From: the human T2T-CHM13v2.0 reference genome, Homo sapiens | Strand: one strand, 5' to 3' | DNA: 64,000 nt | Assembly (NCBI RefSeq): GCF_009914755.1 | Contig: NC_060946.1 | Part shown: piece after piece, positions 27,006 to 41,289 of the stretch | How the letters are laid out: the number at the start of each line of letters is the position of its first letter | Numbering within the stretch: the first letter of the stretch is position 1 | The notes under the pieces: generated by a model | Databases searched by the model: none | The model's input: the letters and a program-made list of their open reading frames with translations, nothing else | Told to the model about the DNA's origin: nothing | Made by a program: the position numbers and the translations under genes

Positions 27006-27846
27006 CAACCGTCCTTTTTTCCCCCTGATTATTTTCGATGTGTTGTTGGTTGAATCCACAAATGCAGAATCCAAGAATATGGAGGGCCAACTGTATGTCT
27101 GCCTTAGAGGGCTCCACAGGTTGCCTCATTTGCTTCCCTGTTGCCACCAGAAGATCATGCACCACTGGGCGGCATGGTCTGGAGAGTCCCATTCATCTTC
27201 ATCGGGGCCTGAACAGAGAAACTGACAAATTAAAGATAATTGAATGACATAATGAATGGGTGCAAATTGGGTTGGTCCCTCACCATCTCCACTTCTTAGC
27301 CATGTTGGATCTGCCAAGTCAATTACCACCATTGCCTTCTCACTTCCCCATTTCCAAACCTCATGACTGTTACCTTTTCCTCCGTTCTCCTTGTCCTTAT
27401 GAGTTTATGCCTTTAAAACAAATCCTGTATTATAATAGTATTGTCTTTTAGGGAAGGAAATATATTAGAGGAGTGTGTTCAATCTACCATCTTTCCTGGA
27501 AGTCAGTAACAAATGAAAGGAAATTTACCTGATAGATTGTGGGCAAGTCACTTCTCTCCGTACGGTCTCTAATTCTTCACCTGTGGCATGAGGAAGTTGG
27601 GCTGGATGAGTTCTAGGGTCCAGCCAAAGTCTGCGAGGGGGTCAGCGCTGGATTAGAGATGTCTGGTGGACCGTGGGCATGGATTTTACATAACAGCAGT
27701 CACTCTCTGGGATCCCTACTCTGGCCAGTGCTCCCCTTGGACTGCTAATTCTCTTTCCACACATTCAGGTTCTGACTCCCAAACTCTGAGGACGATGGCA
27801 GGTTCTGAGGTCCCTCCCATCTTGTACAACTCACAGTGACAGTAAC

Positions 27847-28245
27847 TGTCTCAGCCTGTTCGGGCTGCTTATAACAAAGGAGCATGGACTGGGTGGCTCA
27901 TAAACAACAGGAATTTATTTGAGGCATGCTACCCCAAACATCACAAGTCCACTCCCTGTCTGGGAAGCAGAAGGCTGAAAGTCCTACATCAGGGCCAGCA
28001 GAATTGATTCTGATGGGGGTTTTCTTCCAGGTCGCAGACTATCGACTTCTTGCTGTATCCTCACATGGTGGAAAGGGTGCTGGGGAGCCCCATGCGGTTT
28101 CTTTAATGAGGGCACTAATTCTGTTCATGAGGGCTCCACCCTCATGACCTAATCACCCCCACAGGTCCAGCCTCCTAACAGCATCGTGCTGGGGGTAAGG
28201 ATTTCAATATATGATTTTTGGGAGAACACGTTCAGTCCGTAGCAG
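27847..28245 (-). mobile_element. MaLR solo LTR (MSTD/MLT1A-like)
   Basis: tgtctcag...gggctgc.tataacaaa...gactgggtggc...aaacaacaggaatttattt; catgagggctccaccctcatgacctaatcac; ends ttcagtccgtagca. Confidence 0.85.
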
Positions 28246-28574
28246 TGACTGACACTTGTCCAGTTCAGTGGCTTACTCAGAGACCTCACCTTGACCTAAT
28301 GCTTGTGCCAACCTGGTGAGAAATCTGGAATCCCATTCCACAGATTAGAAATCTGAGGTTTAGAGAGGGGAGGGGACTCACCTAAGGCCACGGAGCAAGT
28401 CAGTAAGGACCCAAGCTGGCAGTCGTGGTCTAACTGACCTACATTCCTGGAGCGTCCAGCATCCTGCCCATGGTGGCTGCTCAGCTGATATTTGTTTGGA
28501 ATGAAAGGTGACCACACTTGAGTTGGGGTAGTCAGGATCATGGCGACAGCCGTGAGGGCAAGAAACAGCATTTT

Positions 28575-29390
<816 letters not shown>

Positions 29391-30224
29391 GACTAAAGAC
29401 TTCTCTCCAGTAACATTCAACAAAGCCTTCTGTGTGTCTAGTAAGTGTTTGGTTCTCCAGTTTAAAACACATAGCACACACTTGGGAAACATTTGTGATA
29501 TCAGTTCACCAACGGGCAAGTTGATGTTTCTGTCTTCAGCCTTGATACTCCCAGTCAAGTTCCCAGACCAGTGGCTCAGCATCCCCAGGAGCTGGTTGGA
29601 AATACAGAATTGTTGGCAACCCCAAACCTAGACCTACTGAATCTCTGCCGTATGGCATGCGTTTGCCTCTGCAACCCACTTTCCTGCTGTCCTTGTCTAA
29701 TCACTGAAGAGAGAAACTGTAAGAGAGGGATTGAGGCTAAATGTCCCTGAAGTTCGTCCTCGATGAATAGATGTGCGGCTCACCTTCTCCCTCTCTCTCT
29801 GTCTGTCTTTTTTTCCCCCTCTTTCTCTCTTTTCTCCCAGGTCACTCTCTTTCTGTCCCTCCCACCCTCTCCTCTCTCTCATACCTCCCCCATTCAGTAG
29901 AGTCCCTTCTCTCCTGCATTCTCTGAATTGATTTTTCTCACTCATCTTGGCAGGTTAGTAATCACCATTCTCAGCAGAAATTCCTTCCGTTTCGTTACAC
30001 CGGGTGAGAAATCCTGGGCAGCAGGGGGTGGGGTAGGGGCTGTGTTTCATTTCACTCCCATCTCTGTGTCAGGTGGGGAGGGAGGAATCTCCACACTGAG
30101 TATCCCACAGGAGGAAGGCCAGTGCTGGGAAGGGATGGAGACCCCTTGGTGGCTCTTTTCAGCTTCAAGGTCCTGTGCTGCGGCTCATCTCAGCTCCCAG
30201 GGCCCCTGCCTTTCTCTATCCTCA

Positions 30225-31585
30225 ACAATCGCTCACATTTGAGGGGCTTCCATGGCTGGCAGAACCTATTTCTATGCATTGCTCAGTTTAATCTTCACAA
30301 CATTTCTGAGACATTGGCATTGTCACCTCCTTCATGTTACAGGAGAAGAAAGTGAGGCTCAGAGATACTTGCAGGACACCTGGGAATGAGAGCCAGTCTC
30401 CAGGCTCGGGCAAGGTTGTCCTGGACTATACCAGAGTCATGTAATAAAAGGATCATGCTGCCCATCCACCTGCCAGCCATGGTGGGTTCTAGCAGAGAGA
30501 GCCCAACATTTGTGATCCTATGGACTTGGGGTCCATTCCCAGCTCTGCCACTTACTGGCCATGCCACTCTGGGAAAATTGCCCCATCCTTCTGGCCCTTC
30601 CTCTCCTTAGCTGTTCACACGGGATGGGGGGGATGGGACAGACCTGCCAGAGTACAACACCTAAGAACAAGGAATTCTGTAATGCAAACCAGCTGTGGAA
30701 CCCAGGGGAGGATCCACCATCTCTTGGAGGTACCATTTCCCTATTCTCAAAGCATATTTAGAAAAAACACCTACTTTCTGTGTTGTTGCAAGAATTGCGT
30801 GAACTATTACAGCTCTCATGCAGCTTTTAGCGCATGCCTGGAACACGAACAAGCACTGGATAAATAAATACCCTGGATGGAAATAATAATATTGTAGTTC
30901 AAGGATTTAACATGCTCTCACAATGGCAGATGGACCCTGAATTCAGAGATGCAGAATATGAACGAAACGTGTGCTTAGAATTAAGAACATCATCCTGTAT
31001 ATGGTGCCTGCCCCATGTGAGGCACAAGGTGAAACATTTTACAGACGTTTTCCTACTGAATCCCGATGAAGAGTCCTACAGGGAGGGTGTAGTCTCCCCA
31101 TTACATAGGCGAGAAAACTGAGGATCAAGGAGATGAAGTTACTTCTAACTCCTATAGTGTGTAAGAGGTAAAGCTGGAATCGACTGAGATGAGTCTGCTA
31201 CCAAATCCAAAGTACAGATGAAAAAAACAAAAAATCAGATGTGAATAAGTTTTGCAAACTACATCGTTCTAGTCATGTGTAGGGTGAAAGATGGAGGAAA
31301 ACATCATCATCATCATCACACTGTCATATCTATTAAACATTAGATATCATCATCATATCTACTAAGCGTTAACTGCTTATCACGTGCCAAACACTGAGCT
31401 AAGGGATTTATATGGATTACCTCATTCAAGCTCTGCATAGCAACTCTGTTATAATCCTCATTTCACAGATAAGCAGACAGGCTCAGAGTGGTAAAGCAAT
31501 TTATCCTAGGTCACACAGCCAGGAAGTGGTAAAGCTGGATTCTGACTTCAGGGCTTACAGGCTCCAGAGTGGAGTCCTTAACCCT
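30225..31585. mobile_element. Cluster of MIR relics in both orientations
   Basis: MIR cores at ~30225-30430(-), ~30510-30870(+), ~30990-31210(-), ~31360-31585(-). Confidence 0.75.
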
Positions 31586-32444
31586 TCGCCTGAAATTGGA
31601 AGCTACTAATGTTGGCTGCAGGGAGTTTAACTGGCAGGACCCTCTCAGCCCTTGGGGACCTCCCTATCACCCCGTGCCCCGATCTGGGCTCCAAACTGGG
31701 AGTGGACTAGGCTCCTACCCACGTCTCTGTGATCAGCCCATCTTCAGATCAGGCTGTCCCTCTCCTAGCCCGTCGTTGGAGCCCCAGCCGGGACCATGCT
31801 GTATGCAGATCACCCCATTAAAATTTCATGTGGATTCAAAAATTCAGTGTTGACTCCGGTGACGCAAATAAGTATGAAAATTCCGAGGAAGGCACACTGT
31901 TACTGAAATCAAATGGTTGAACGGCCACTAATGAGGCAGACAAGGAGCCTCGCTCACCCTCTGAGGATTGAGGAGAGACGAGAGGAGCAATCGCGCTACA
32001 TTATTCATGCCCTCTCGTTTGAGTTTCAGATCTCAAGGAGGCTCTGGAAGGGGAAGGCAGAGAGGGCAGAGGCGGCGGGAGGCGGGGGTGGCAGCCTAGA
32101 CAGGGCCCCACTCTGCCAGCTGTGGAAGGCCGGGTGACTAATTGACAACTACTCAATGATCCCCTTCCCTAGGGCGCCCCTCTTCCATCTCTCATTTTTA
32201 GCTCCGGCCCACAAGCACCTCCCTTGCACCTGCCACGGTGCCCAGATTTCCCCCAGCAGTGGATGTGTGAGTGTGAGATGCAGAGGAAGACATGGCGTCT
32301 GGGCGGTCCTGGCTCTGTGTGATCTCGGGCAAGCGACTAAACCTCCCTGAACCTTGATTTTTTGTTCCCCTTGTAAAATGGGAAAGCAGAAGGAGCGGCT
32401 CCTCTACCTACTCTGGGGAGAGGTAGCATTTCTGAGAGTCAAAT

Positions 32445-32615
32445 GCCGCATCGCCATGCTTCTCAAGTTTGAACGCTCAGGTGAATCCCGGAGGAACTTG
32501 TTGGGATACTGGTGCTGATTCAGTAAGGCTGGGGCAGGGCCTGAGATTCTGCATTCCAACCAGCTCCCAGGTGAGGCCCATGTTGCTGGCTTGCAGCCCA
32601 CCCTGTGAGCAGCGG
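32445..32615. mobile_element. MER5A-like hAT DNA transposon
   Basis: ctgattcagtaaggctggggcagggcctgagattctgcattccaaccagctcccaggtga. Confidence 0.85.
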
Positions 32616-32868
32616 GGCCATACAGATAGGAAAGCACTTTATAGCGACCACTCGCTGGTCTAAGCCTCTCTGTGCATCAGCATTACTGGGGAGTTTGTAA
32701 AAACACGATGCCCTTCCCCATCCCCCCAGGGTTTGCTTTAATTGGTTAGGTCAAGGCACTTGTACTTCTTAATTCTGCCCCCGACACCGCCCACCATGGC
32801 CCCTATATGCAGCCAGATTTTTGTAGTTCTTGTTACTAATATGTCTTTATTGTTTATGCCCCTCGTAG

Positions 32869-33140
32869 TTTCTTTTTTCTTTTTTCTTTTTCAAGACGGG
32901 GCTCACTCTGTTGCCCAGGCTGGAGTGCAGTGGTGCACTCAAGTGATTCTCCCACCTCAGCCTCCCCAGTAACTGGGACCACAGGCACATGCCACCATGC
33001 GTGGCTAATTAAAAAAAGAATGTAGAGACGAGATCTTGCTGTGTTGCCCAGGCCAATCTTGAACTCCTGAGTTCAAGTGATCTGCCCACCTTGGGCTCCC
33101 AAAGTGCTGGGATTACAGGCGTGAGCCACCGTGCCTGGCC
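32869..33140 (-). mobile_element. Alu (AluJ-like, internal deletion)
   Basis: Antisense Alu; flanking cccctc(g/a)ta repeat. Confidence 0.9.
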
Positions 33141-33459
33141 CCCCTCATATTTTATGACCATTTTGCAAGCTTCGTTTTCTTCAACTCCTCTTAAACGTCA
33201 GTGCTGCAATGCTTTCTCTCTTTTCCCCGAGCAAACCCGTTGTCAAGAAAGAGGCTGAAGAACCAATTGCTCCGACTCGGAGGAGGAAGGAATGCTTCAC
33301 CCCTGGGAACTGACCTGTTTCCAGGGGATGTCACCTCCCTCCAGGTTCTAATGGTGCACTTCAGGTCCCGCTCTCTGAATAGTGCACCTGGGGCAAGTTT
33401 GCACCAGGGGTCACCTGGGCAGCTGTCCCCTTTCTCTTTTTAAGATTGAGGCCTGACCA

Positions 33460-34200
33460 CGCTGATAACACATTCTCTAGAAGTAGAAACCAGGTTTCAG
33501 ACAAGCCACGGAGGTAAAACCAGCTAGAGAGGGAAGGAATTGATTTCCGCCAGAGAAACCTGCACAGAATGTACAATCCCATCGTTGTCCATGCACCCAG
33601 CATAACCAATAAACAGGTTCCCCAGTCCTCCCTGCATTTCCTAATTATTACTCAGCTATAAAAATCCCTTCTCCCTCCTGCCAACATTATCTTAGTAAAC
33701 GTTATGAGCGCTCACGAGGTTAATGCAGGGCCGTAAATCCGCAGTGGGTCGAACAAGTGAGACTTGAGGAACTGTTCATAAATCTATGGGAACGGCTCCA
33801 GTTTGTTTATTTAATAAAATATCATTTCGTAGAAATGCACAGGGCACTGTGGGGTTTACACTCAGTGGGCACGCATGGAGAGGGGTGGGTGGTGGAGGTG
33901 TGCCGAGGGTGGGGGTGTGTGTGCACGGGCGTGCGGGCAGACTTCCACGTGGCCTCTGCCCGGAATCGCAGGGCGCCATGCCGTTTATTACTGCACCAGG
34001 CATTCTGAACTCAGTACCCGCTCCACTTAAGGCAGCCTGTTCTCTCAGAATTCTTTAATGGGCCTCGTCAATATTTGAAATGGTGCTACAAAGCCCAGGA
34101 CACGTGTAATGCTGTTTGCACTACATGAACACCTCCTCGAGACAATCTTCTGGGATTTGTTAGGGGCGCTTTACCCACATTGGGCTGTTAAATCAACAAG
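33460..34200. promoter_or_regulatory. Candidate enhancer (TE-free, CpG-retaining, homeodomain/FOX motifs)
   Basis: ctaattatta, ggccgtaaatc, ttcataaatc, tttgtttatttaataaa; local CpG enrichment at ~33700-34020. Confidence 0.4.
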
Positions 34201-34389
34201 AAGTCAGGCTTCCCCACATGGCATGGAATGAAATGCTAAAAGCATGGGCATTGGAGTAAACGGACATGGCTTCTAACACCAGTTTTGCCACCTGCTGGGA
34301 AGATGGCCTTGGCATTCACCTCTCTGGCCTTGGTTCCCTTCTCTGTACCATGGGGATGATTATCTGTACTTTATGGAATACAGATGTGA

Positions 34390-34730
<341 letters not shown>

Positions 34731-35002
34731 CCTTTCATTTCTCTCTCATTTACCTGTGAGTTTTCAGCATTGCAGTATGCTGAGATGACTTTGTTAATTA
34801 GTTTTGGCCGAAGGTCATCTACAGAGCCCCCATTCTTTTCTTTGTAATTGTCTGGGCCCCGAACTCAAAGGCAGTGGAATGGGATCAATGGAAACGGGAG
34901 ATTCTGCAGAACTGGGATGTGGCATTCCTGCCCATAGGGGTTTAGCATCCCTGAGTCACCCCATCATAGACTGCTGTGAATCATGTTACTGAAGGAAATA
35001 GG

Positions 35003-35225
35003 CAGTGTGATCTAGTGGTAAGGACCATGGAGTTGGCAGCCCTGGGTTTGAGTTCTAACTCAAACACTTAATTATCTGAGTAGCCTCTGTGGCCAAGTAA
35101 TTGAAGCCCTGGGTTCTTGGGAATTGGAGATCTTAATACCCACCTTCTAGGGCTCTGAGCATTTCCTGAGCTAATATGGGTAAAGTGTGTGCGTAGACAT
35201 GGCACATCATATAAACACAATAAAC
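35003..35225 (+). mobile_element. MIR
   Basis: ggcagtgtgatctagtggtaag...cctgggtttgagt...ggcacatcat. Confidence 0.7.
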
Positions 35226-35274
35226 CAAGGACAGATGGAGAGTGGAGGAGGAAAACAAGAGAGAGGCAGAAGCA

Positions 35275-35388
35275 AGGGTGACTAACCTGTCCCACTTTTC
35301 TTAGATCTGCTCCATTCTTAAAACAGGAAAGTCCTACATCCTGGGAACTCCCTTAGTCCTGGAAAAACTGGATGGTAGATTGCCCTTG
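35275..35388. mobile_element. MER81-like hAT relic
   Basis: agggtgactaacctgtccc...gaaagtcc...cctgggaactcccttagtcctgg...actggatggt...ccct. Confidence 0.6.
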
Positions 35389-35604
35389 CAGGAATGGACA
35401 AGTCAATGCTTGAAGCACTCTTAACTCTGGGTTTAATTTGGCTACAGCTATTGATGATTTAATAACAGCTGGCTGATTATGGAGGCTTCATCTAGAAGAC
35501 TCTAATTCCCCAAGGCTAATTGTTGAGCGTTTGATTAACCCAGTGGCTCTCATTAGAATCACCTGAAGAGCTTTCTAAACATACCAATGACTGAGCCTCA
35601 CCCC

Positions 35605-35840
35605 TAACTAGGGTTTCTCTGCCTTGACACTATTGACGTATCGGGCTGGATAATTTTTGTTGGGGCAGGTAGTGGGGAGTGGAACTGTTGTGTGCATTGT
35701 AGATGTTGAATAGCACCCTTGGATTCTATCCTGAAGATGCCAGGAGCCATGTCCCAGTCACATGACAACCAAAAATGTCTCCAGACATTGCTCAATGTCC
35801 CCTGCAGGGCAAAAATCACCCCCAATGGAGAACAACTGCC
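35605..35840. mobile_element. MER20 DNA transposon, probably nested in a MER5-like relic
   Basis: cactattgac...gggctggataatt...tgacaaccaaaaatgtctccagacattgc...aaaatcaccccc. Confidence 0.88.
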
Positions 35841-36094
35841 CCAGGCTAATTTAAGAATCTGGGGGCAGAATAGAAATTAAGCTTTGGTGTTTCACATTAA
35901 GTTCCCTGCCCCCAGATGACTATATATAGCATTTGGCTAAGACCAACCTCACTGCCAATGTGGATGGTGCTGACATCCAAGGAGAACTTTAGAAGGGGCT
36001 GGAGCTGACTTGGGGTTGGGTCCAGAATGACTATACAGAAGAGGCTGTGGGCAAAGACCTCACATGATAAGAGAGGTGCTGAATTCCTACTCTC

Positions 36095-36410
36095 TTTATT
36101 TATGTATTTATGTATTTATGTATTTATTTTTGAGATGGAGTCTCGCTCTGTCGCCAGGCTGGAGTGCAGTGGTGCAATCTCGGCTCACTGCAACCCTCTG
36201 CCTCCCGGTTTCAAGTGATTCTCCTGCCTCAGTCTCCCAAGTAGCTGGGACTTCAGGTGCGTGCCACCACACCCAGCTGATTTTATTTTTTCAGTAGAGA
36301 CGAGGCTTCACCATATTGGCCAGGATGGTTTTGATCTCTTGACCTTGTGATCCACCCTCCTCGGCCTCCCAAAGTGCTGGAATTACAGGTGTAAGCCACC
36401 GCACCTGGCC
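36095..36410 (-). mobile_element. Alu (AluSc-like) with (TTTA/TATG)n tail
   Basis: Full antisense Alu; flanking cctactct repeat. Confidence 0.95.
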
Positions 36411-38349
36411 CTACTCTTAAATATTCCCTTTCCCCCACCTTGGTATACAGTCCAAACCTCACCATTAGATATGAGTTCTTGCAGAAAGTTCAGAGTGCCG
36501 TGTTTTGAGTTGTCCTCTTTTAAGTTCTTCTGGAAGGCAGATCATGACATTGCTTTTGGTCCCTGATGACCTCTTCAAGGCGGAGACAGTGCTGGGTCTC
36601 AAGATGTTTTGACATGCTAAATCATTTGCTCCTCACAGCTCTCCTAGGTGAGGTGGATTTCTTTGCACGTTTTATGGAAAAATGATGTTCAGAGAGTTTT
36701 AAACAATTTTCTGAAGCTCACACAGCTGTTGGCAGCACAGATTAAAGCAAAACTCAGGACAATCACTAACTTCTAGTGACTGGCCCACTCTGACATGTCT
36801 CCTCCTATCCCTTAGACAGCCAAGTGCTGGCTGAGCACAGTGGGGATGGGAGTGGGACATGAATGCCCTGGCCAAGAAGGAAACATTCATGGCTGCTTTC
36901 TTTATGCCAAGTCTTGCACTTATATTATCTCCTCGAATAGTCCCAATGTCCCGGGGCAGCAATGCCTATGATTCCCCCTTTTGGGGAGGAGAATGCTGAG
37001 GCCTAGAGAAAGGAAGCAATTTGCCTAAAGTCATGCATCCATTATCAAGGGGAGGTGCCCTGATCTCAAAATCGGGGTGGGGGAAGAGCATTATAAATGG
37101 ATTAATATTTTAAATTTCTCAGCTGTTAAATGAGAGGCACTCCTTTTTTTTTTTTTTTTTTTTTTTTGCAGCATTCCAGTGCTCAGAATTATTTAACAGC
37201 TCTGAATGGAAGCATCCACCAGTTGCATGTGTCTCTTTGGCATTCCTATGACTGAAAACATTAGACATTTTCTATGTTGATTGATCAGAGCTATCATCAT
37301 CCCTCTGCTAACAAAGTCCTCCTTTAATTGGGAGGTTTCAGCCCAGCTTGGCTCTGATTGGCTCACACCTTACAGGAAGCATCTAAAGATCTTAGAGGCG
37401 AGACAGGAAGTGACTCTGTGTGAGGTCAGCATTTCTCCTCTTTTCTCCAAGGCCACCATAATCCTTATGGAGTGAAGGGTAGTCACAATGCCATTTTGAA
37501 AAGTGATTACGAGGATCATAATAGTACGAATGGTGAATGAGTTTTCTGACTGCCAGGAGAGGAAGCATTTTAGGATTGATTTCAGAAGAGAAATCCATCA
37601 TTTTGATTTTAACTGTGGCAGTTAACACAATGTTCACTCTAATTTTAGAAACATTTTGAGACAGGAATAGGTTGTACTAGTCTTTGTCAGGCTGTAGATA
37701 ACTTACATTTTCTGAGTCTAAAGTGGATACTAGCTAAAAGATTACGTTTAAAGAAAGTTCTCTTTTTTAGAATCACCCCAGAAATTTCTAGTGTAACGAC
37801 AGCATTTCTTAACCCGAGTGGAACTGTGTGTGTGTGTTAAAATATCTGTGTTAATAACCAGCAACCTCGGAAGTGAGAGGGAAGGGAAAAATGGGGCTAG
37901 AAGGAGCCAAATCCCACTTGCATGGCAGAGGAGACCTGGAAGAGAAGATGGAGTTAATCAGTCTGAAATAATGGGTGATGAGAATTCTGCCATTGAACCA
38001 CCAATGCTCCCTAGTGTGAAATAATGGGAAAGTCATGGAGACTGGAACAGCACATGAAAAGCCACAGAGCATAAAATACCCAGCTGTACTGGGGGTCTGG
38101 GAAAATTTCCAAGTGGTGGGAGCAAGAAGTATATGGCATGGGGAGGTCAAGAGATGTGATTAGTTGGGGAAGGTTAGGGCACACTTATCCTACAGTTTGC
38201 TTTTTCCCTGACACCCAACAGAGGCAGGCTTTAACCCCCAAGCCACCCTGTCTCCAAGGACTGGCTTGGATGCCTGTCTTCCTGAGCTCCATCTTCACTG
38301 ACTCCATGGAGGACAGAAAACTCATTACCATCAGAGGCTCACCCTAGAT

Positions 38350-38815
38350 GCCCTGTGTGGACCTGTGACTATGTTAGGTTTTGTGGCAAAGGAGTATTAA
38401 GATTGCAGGTGAAATTAAGTCTGCAGAGCAGTTGACCTTAAAATGGGGGAGATTATCCTGGATTATATGGATAAGCCCAGTGGAACCACAAGCGTCCTCA
38501 AAAGTGGAAGAGGGAGGCAGAAGAGAGAGAGAACTATGGAGATGGCAGCTTGAGGAGGACAGCTTAAGAATGCTGGCTTTGAAGATGGAGAAGGGGGCCA
38601 AGAGCTAAGGAATGAGGGCAGCCTCTAGAAGCTGGAAAAGGCAAGGGAACTGATTTTCCCCTGTTCTCCAGAGGAAGAACAGCCTTGCTGACACCTTCAC
38701 TCCAGCCCAGTGAGACCCATTTCAGACCTCTGACCCTCAGAACTGTAATATAATAAGCTCCTAATATTTTTAAGTCACTTAATATATGCTAATTTGTTTA
38801 AGCAGCAATAGAAAA
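38350..38815 (+). mobile_element. MaLR solo LTR (MLT1D-like)
   Basis: gaccttaaaat...gagattatcctggattat...gcctctagaagctggaaaaggcaagg...gcagcaatagaaaa. Confidence 0.87.
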
Positions 38816-39579
38816 GGCCCTTAGTTCTTTAATCTCATAAATGGGTTTAATAACCATTTCATTTTGTAGTGTATTGAAAATTGAGTTAATGTACTACACC
38901 GAGTGTTTAGCACAGCCCCTGGACAATGGTACCTTTTTTATTGATGCCACAGGTGGAATGACCAGTGGTCCTCCTGGCTTAGTCCTCTGGCTGCTTTAAT
39001 GTGGGACTAGAAGAAAGAGACCTAAATTAGGAATCTGACAGACCTGGGTTCAAGTCCCGGCTCTGCCTCTTTCTAATGGCCTTGGACTTGTTCCTACCCT
39101 GGAAGAAGTTTTCCAGTCTGTCTTATGGGTGTGGGAGGGATGATCTATCACATCTACCAGCAGTGAGCCTCCTGTGAAGATTCAGAGTGGGTGGGCTTTT
39201 GTAGCCCACTCAAGGCCCTCAGAGAAGTTTTCTGTAAATGTGGTACCTTGCACCAACTCCTTGGGAAGAGATTTTCTCAGGCTTCAGAACTGAGGGTATT
39301 CACCCCTGACCCACTTGCTTCTTTCTCCAGGGAACGCTCATGGATTCCTGAGAAGTTGGCTGGAACTAAGGGAGCATTCAGAGACCACAGATCCAGTTGA
39401 CTGGTCCCTGCTGACATCCAGTCCACGTTGTTGGCCACATCAGCTCCTCTTCAAACTCATGATGCAAATCAACAGCTAAACATGTTGATATTTTTTGTTT
39501 CTCTCAGCTAAGTGGATCCCTGAGTCCTCCTGGTGCAGTGGAAAGATTTGAGTTTTGCAGCCAAATAGAGTGAGGTTTA

Positions 39580-39965
<386 letters not shown>

Positions 39966-40039
39966 TCAACATTAGATAACCATAGAGCCTAACTCATAAG
40001 GCCATTACGAGAATTGAGATGTTAGTTCAAGTAAAATGG

Positions 40040-40440
40040 TGCTATCATTTGGATGATTGTCTACTCCAAGACTCATGTTGACATTTAGTCCCCAGTGTTG
40101 GAGGGTGGGCCTCATGAGAAGTGTTTGGGTCACGGGGAAGATCCCTCATGAATAGGTCAATACCTTCCCTCGGGAGTGAGTGAGTTCTTACTCTACTAGC
40201 TCCTGCAAGGGCTGCTTGTTGAAAAAAGCCGGGTATCTCCCTCTGCCTCTTTTGTTTTCTGTCTCCATGTGGTCTGTATACACACCAGCTTCCCTTCGCC
40301 TTCCACCATGAGTGGAAGCAGCCTGAGGCGCTCATCACATGCCCAATCTTGAACTTCTCAGCTCTCAGAATTGTGTTCCAAATAACTCTTTTCTTTATAA
40401 AGTACCCAGCCTTTATAACAACACAAGATGGACTAAGATA
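40040..40440 (+). mobile_element. MaLR solo LTR (MSTB-like)
   Basis: tgctat...ctcatgttga...gtgtttgggtca...gatccctcatgaat...gccttccaccatgagtggaagc...ggactaagata. Confidence 0.87.
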
Positions 40441-41289
40441 CTTGTTATGATGCAGGAGGAATGAAGAAGTGTGGGAAGTATTACCTCGCTAGTAGGCGAA
40501 GGAGGGCATAATAATTACAGAAAAATTCCCATAGGAGGTTATACTTGAGCTGAACTTCAATGGGTGAAATGGATGTAAACAGTTTAGCACAATTCCTGAT
40601 GTGAATTGTGTGCTCAGAAATTAAAAGAGAGAGAGGAAGAAATTGGGTTCTCTGAGGTTAGTGGGGGACTAGGATCCCTCCTTGCCCCCTACTGAACCTG
40701 ATCCACCCCAGTCCTCACCCTTCTTCTCTTCCTGCTTATTCCTCATGCCTCATCGCTGCATTCACTCTTGGTCCTGGCCCCTCACCCTGCATTCTACTGC
40801 TGGGGCAGCCAGCAGAGACAGACATGACAGGAGACAGGGAAAGGCAGAACTGGGAAGAGGGCTTGAAGAAGATTGATACTGGCATTGTTGTCATGGCAAC
40901 ACCAGGATGAGCTAGAGGCCCCACTGCTGGGATCAGCTTCTGTAGTTCTTCTCAGATTCGAGAGCCTTTGAGGGTAGGCAAGAAGCTCAGATAGGGGCCC
41001 TGAGAAAAACAGGTGGGGCCTCAGGGTGACAGCCAGTGAGAGGGCAGGCACTGGGACCTGGGATGCCCTTCTGACAACATCTGCTGAATGCATGGGACCT
41101 TAGAGAAGACGTGTCCAAACCCCTCAATTGAGTCATGGGGAACTGAGCACTAAGGAGGAGAGTGGAGAGAACACATTTCCTGAGTACCTACTATGTACCT
41201 GGCACTTACTGCTAGCTTTTAATAACATGTCTCTTCACCAGACTATGTGATCTGCCAGAGCAGGGGGGCATCTTGGGTGAGGCTAGATG

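Larger units (their letters stand above)
26132..27095 (+). mobile_element. MER2 (Tigger family) DNA transposon interrupted by an Alu cassette
   Basis: gattggttccaggacccc...gataccaaaatcc...gtatttgcatataacctac up to 26393; resumes at 27006 ...ggttgaatccac...ggagggccaactg; TA at both ends. Confidence 0.9.
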
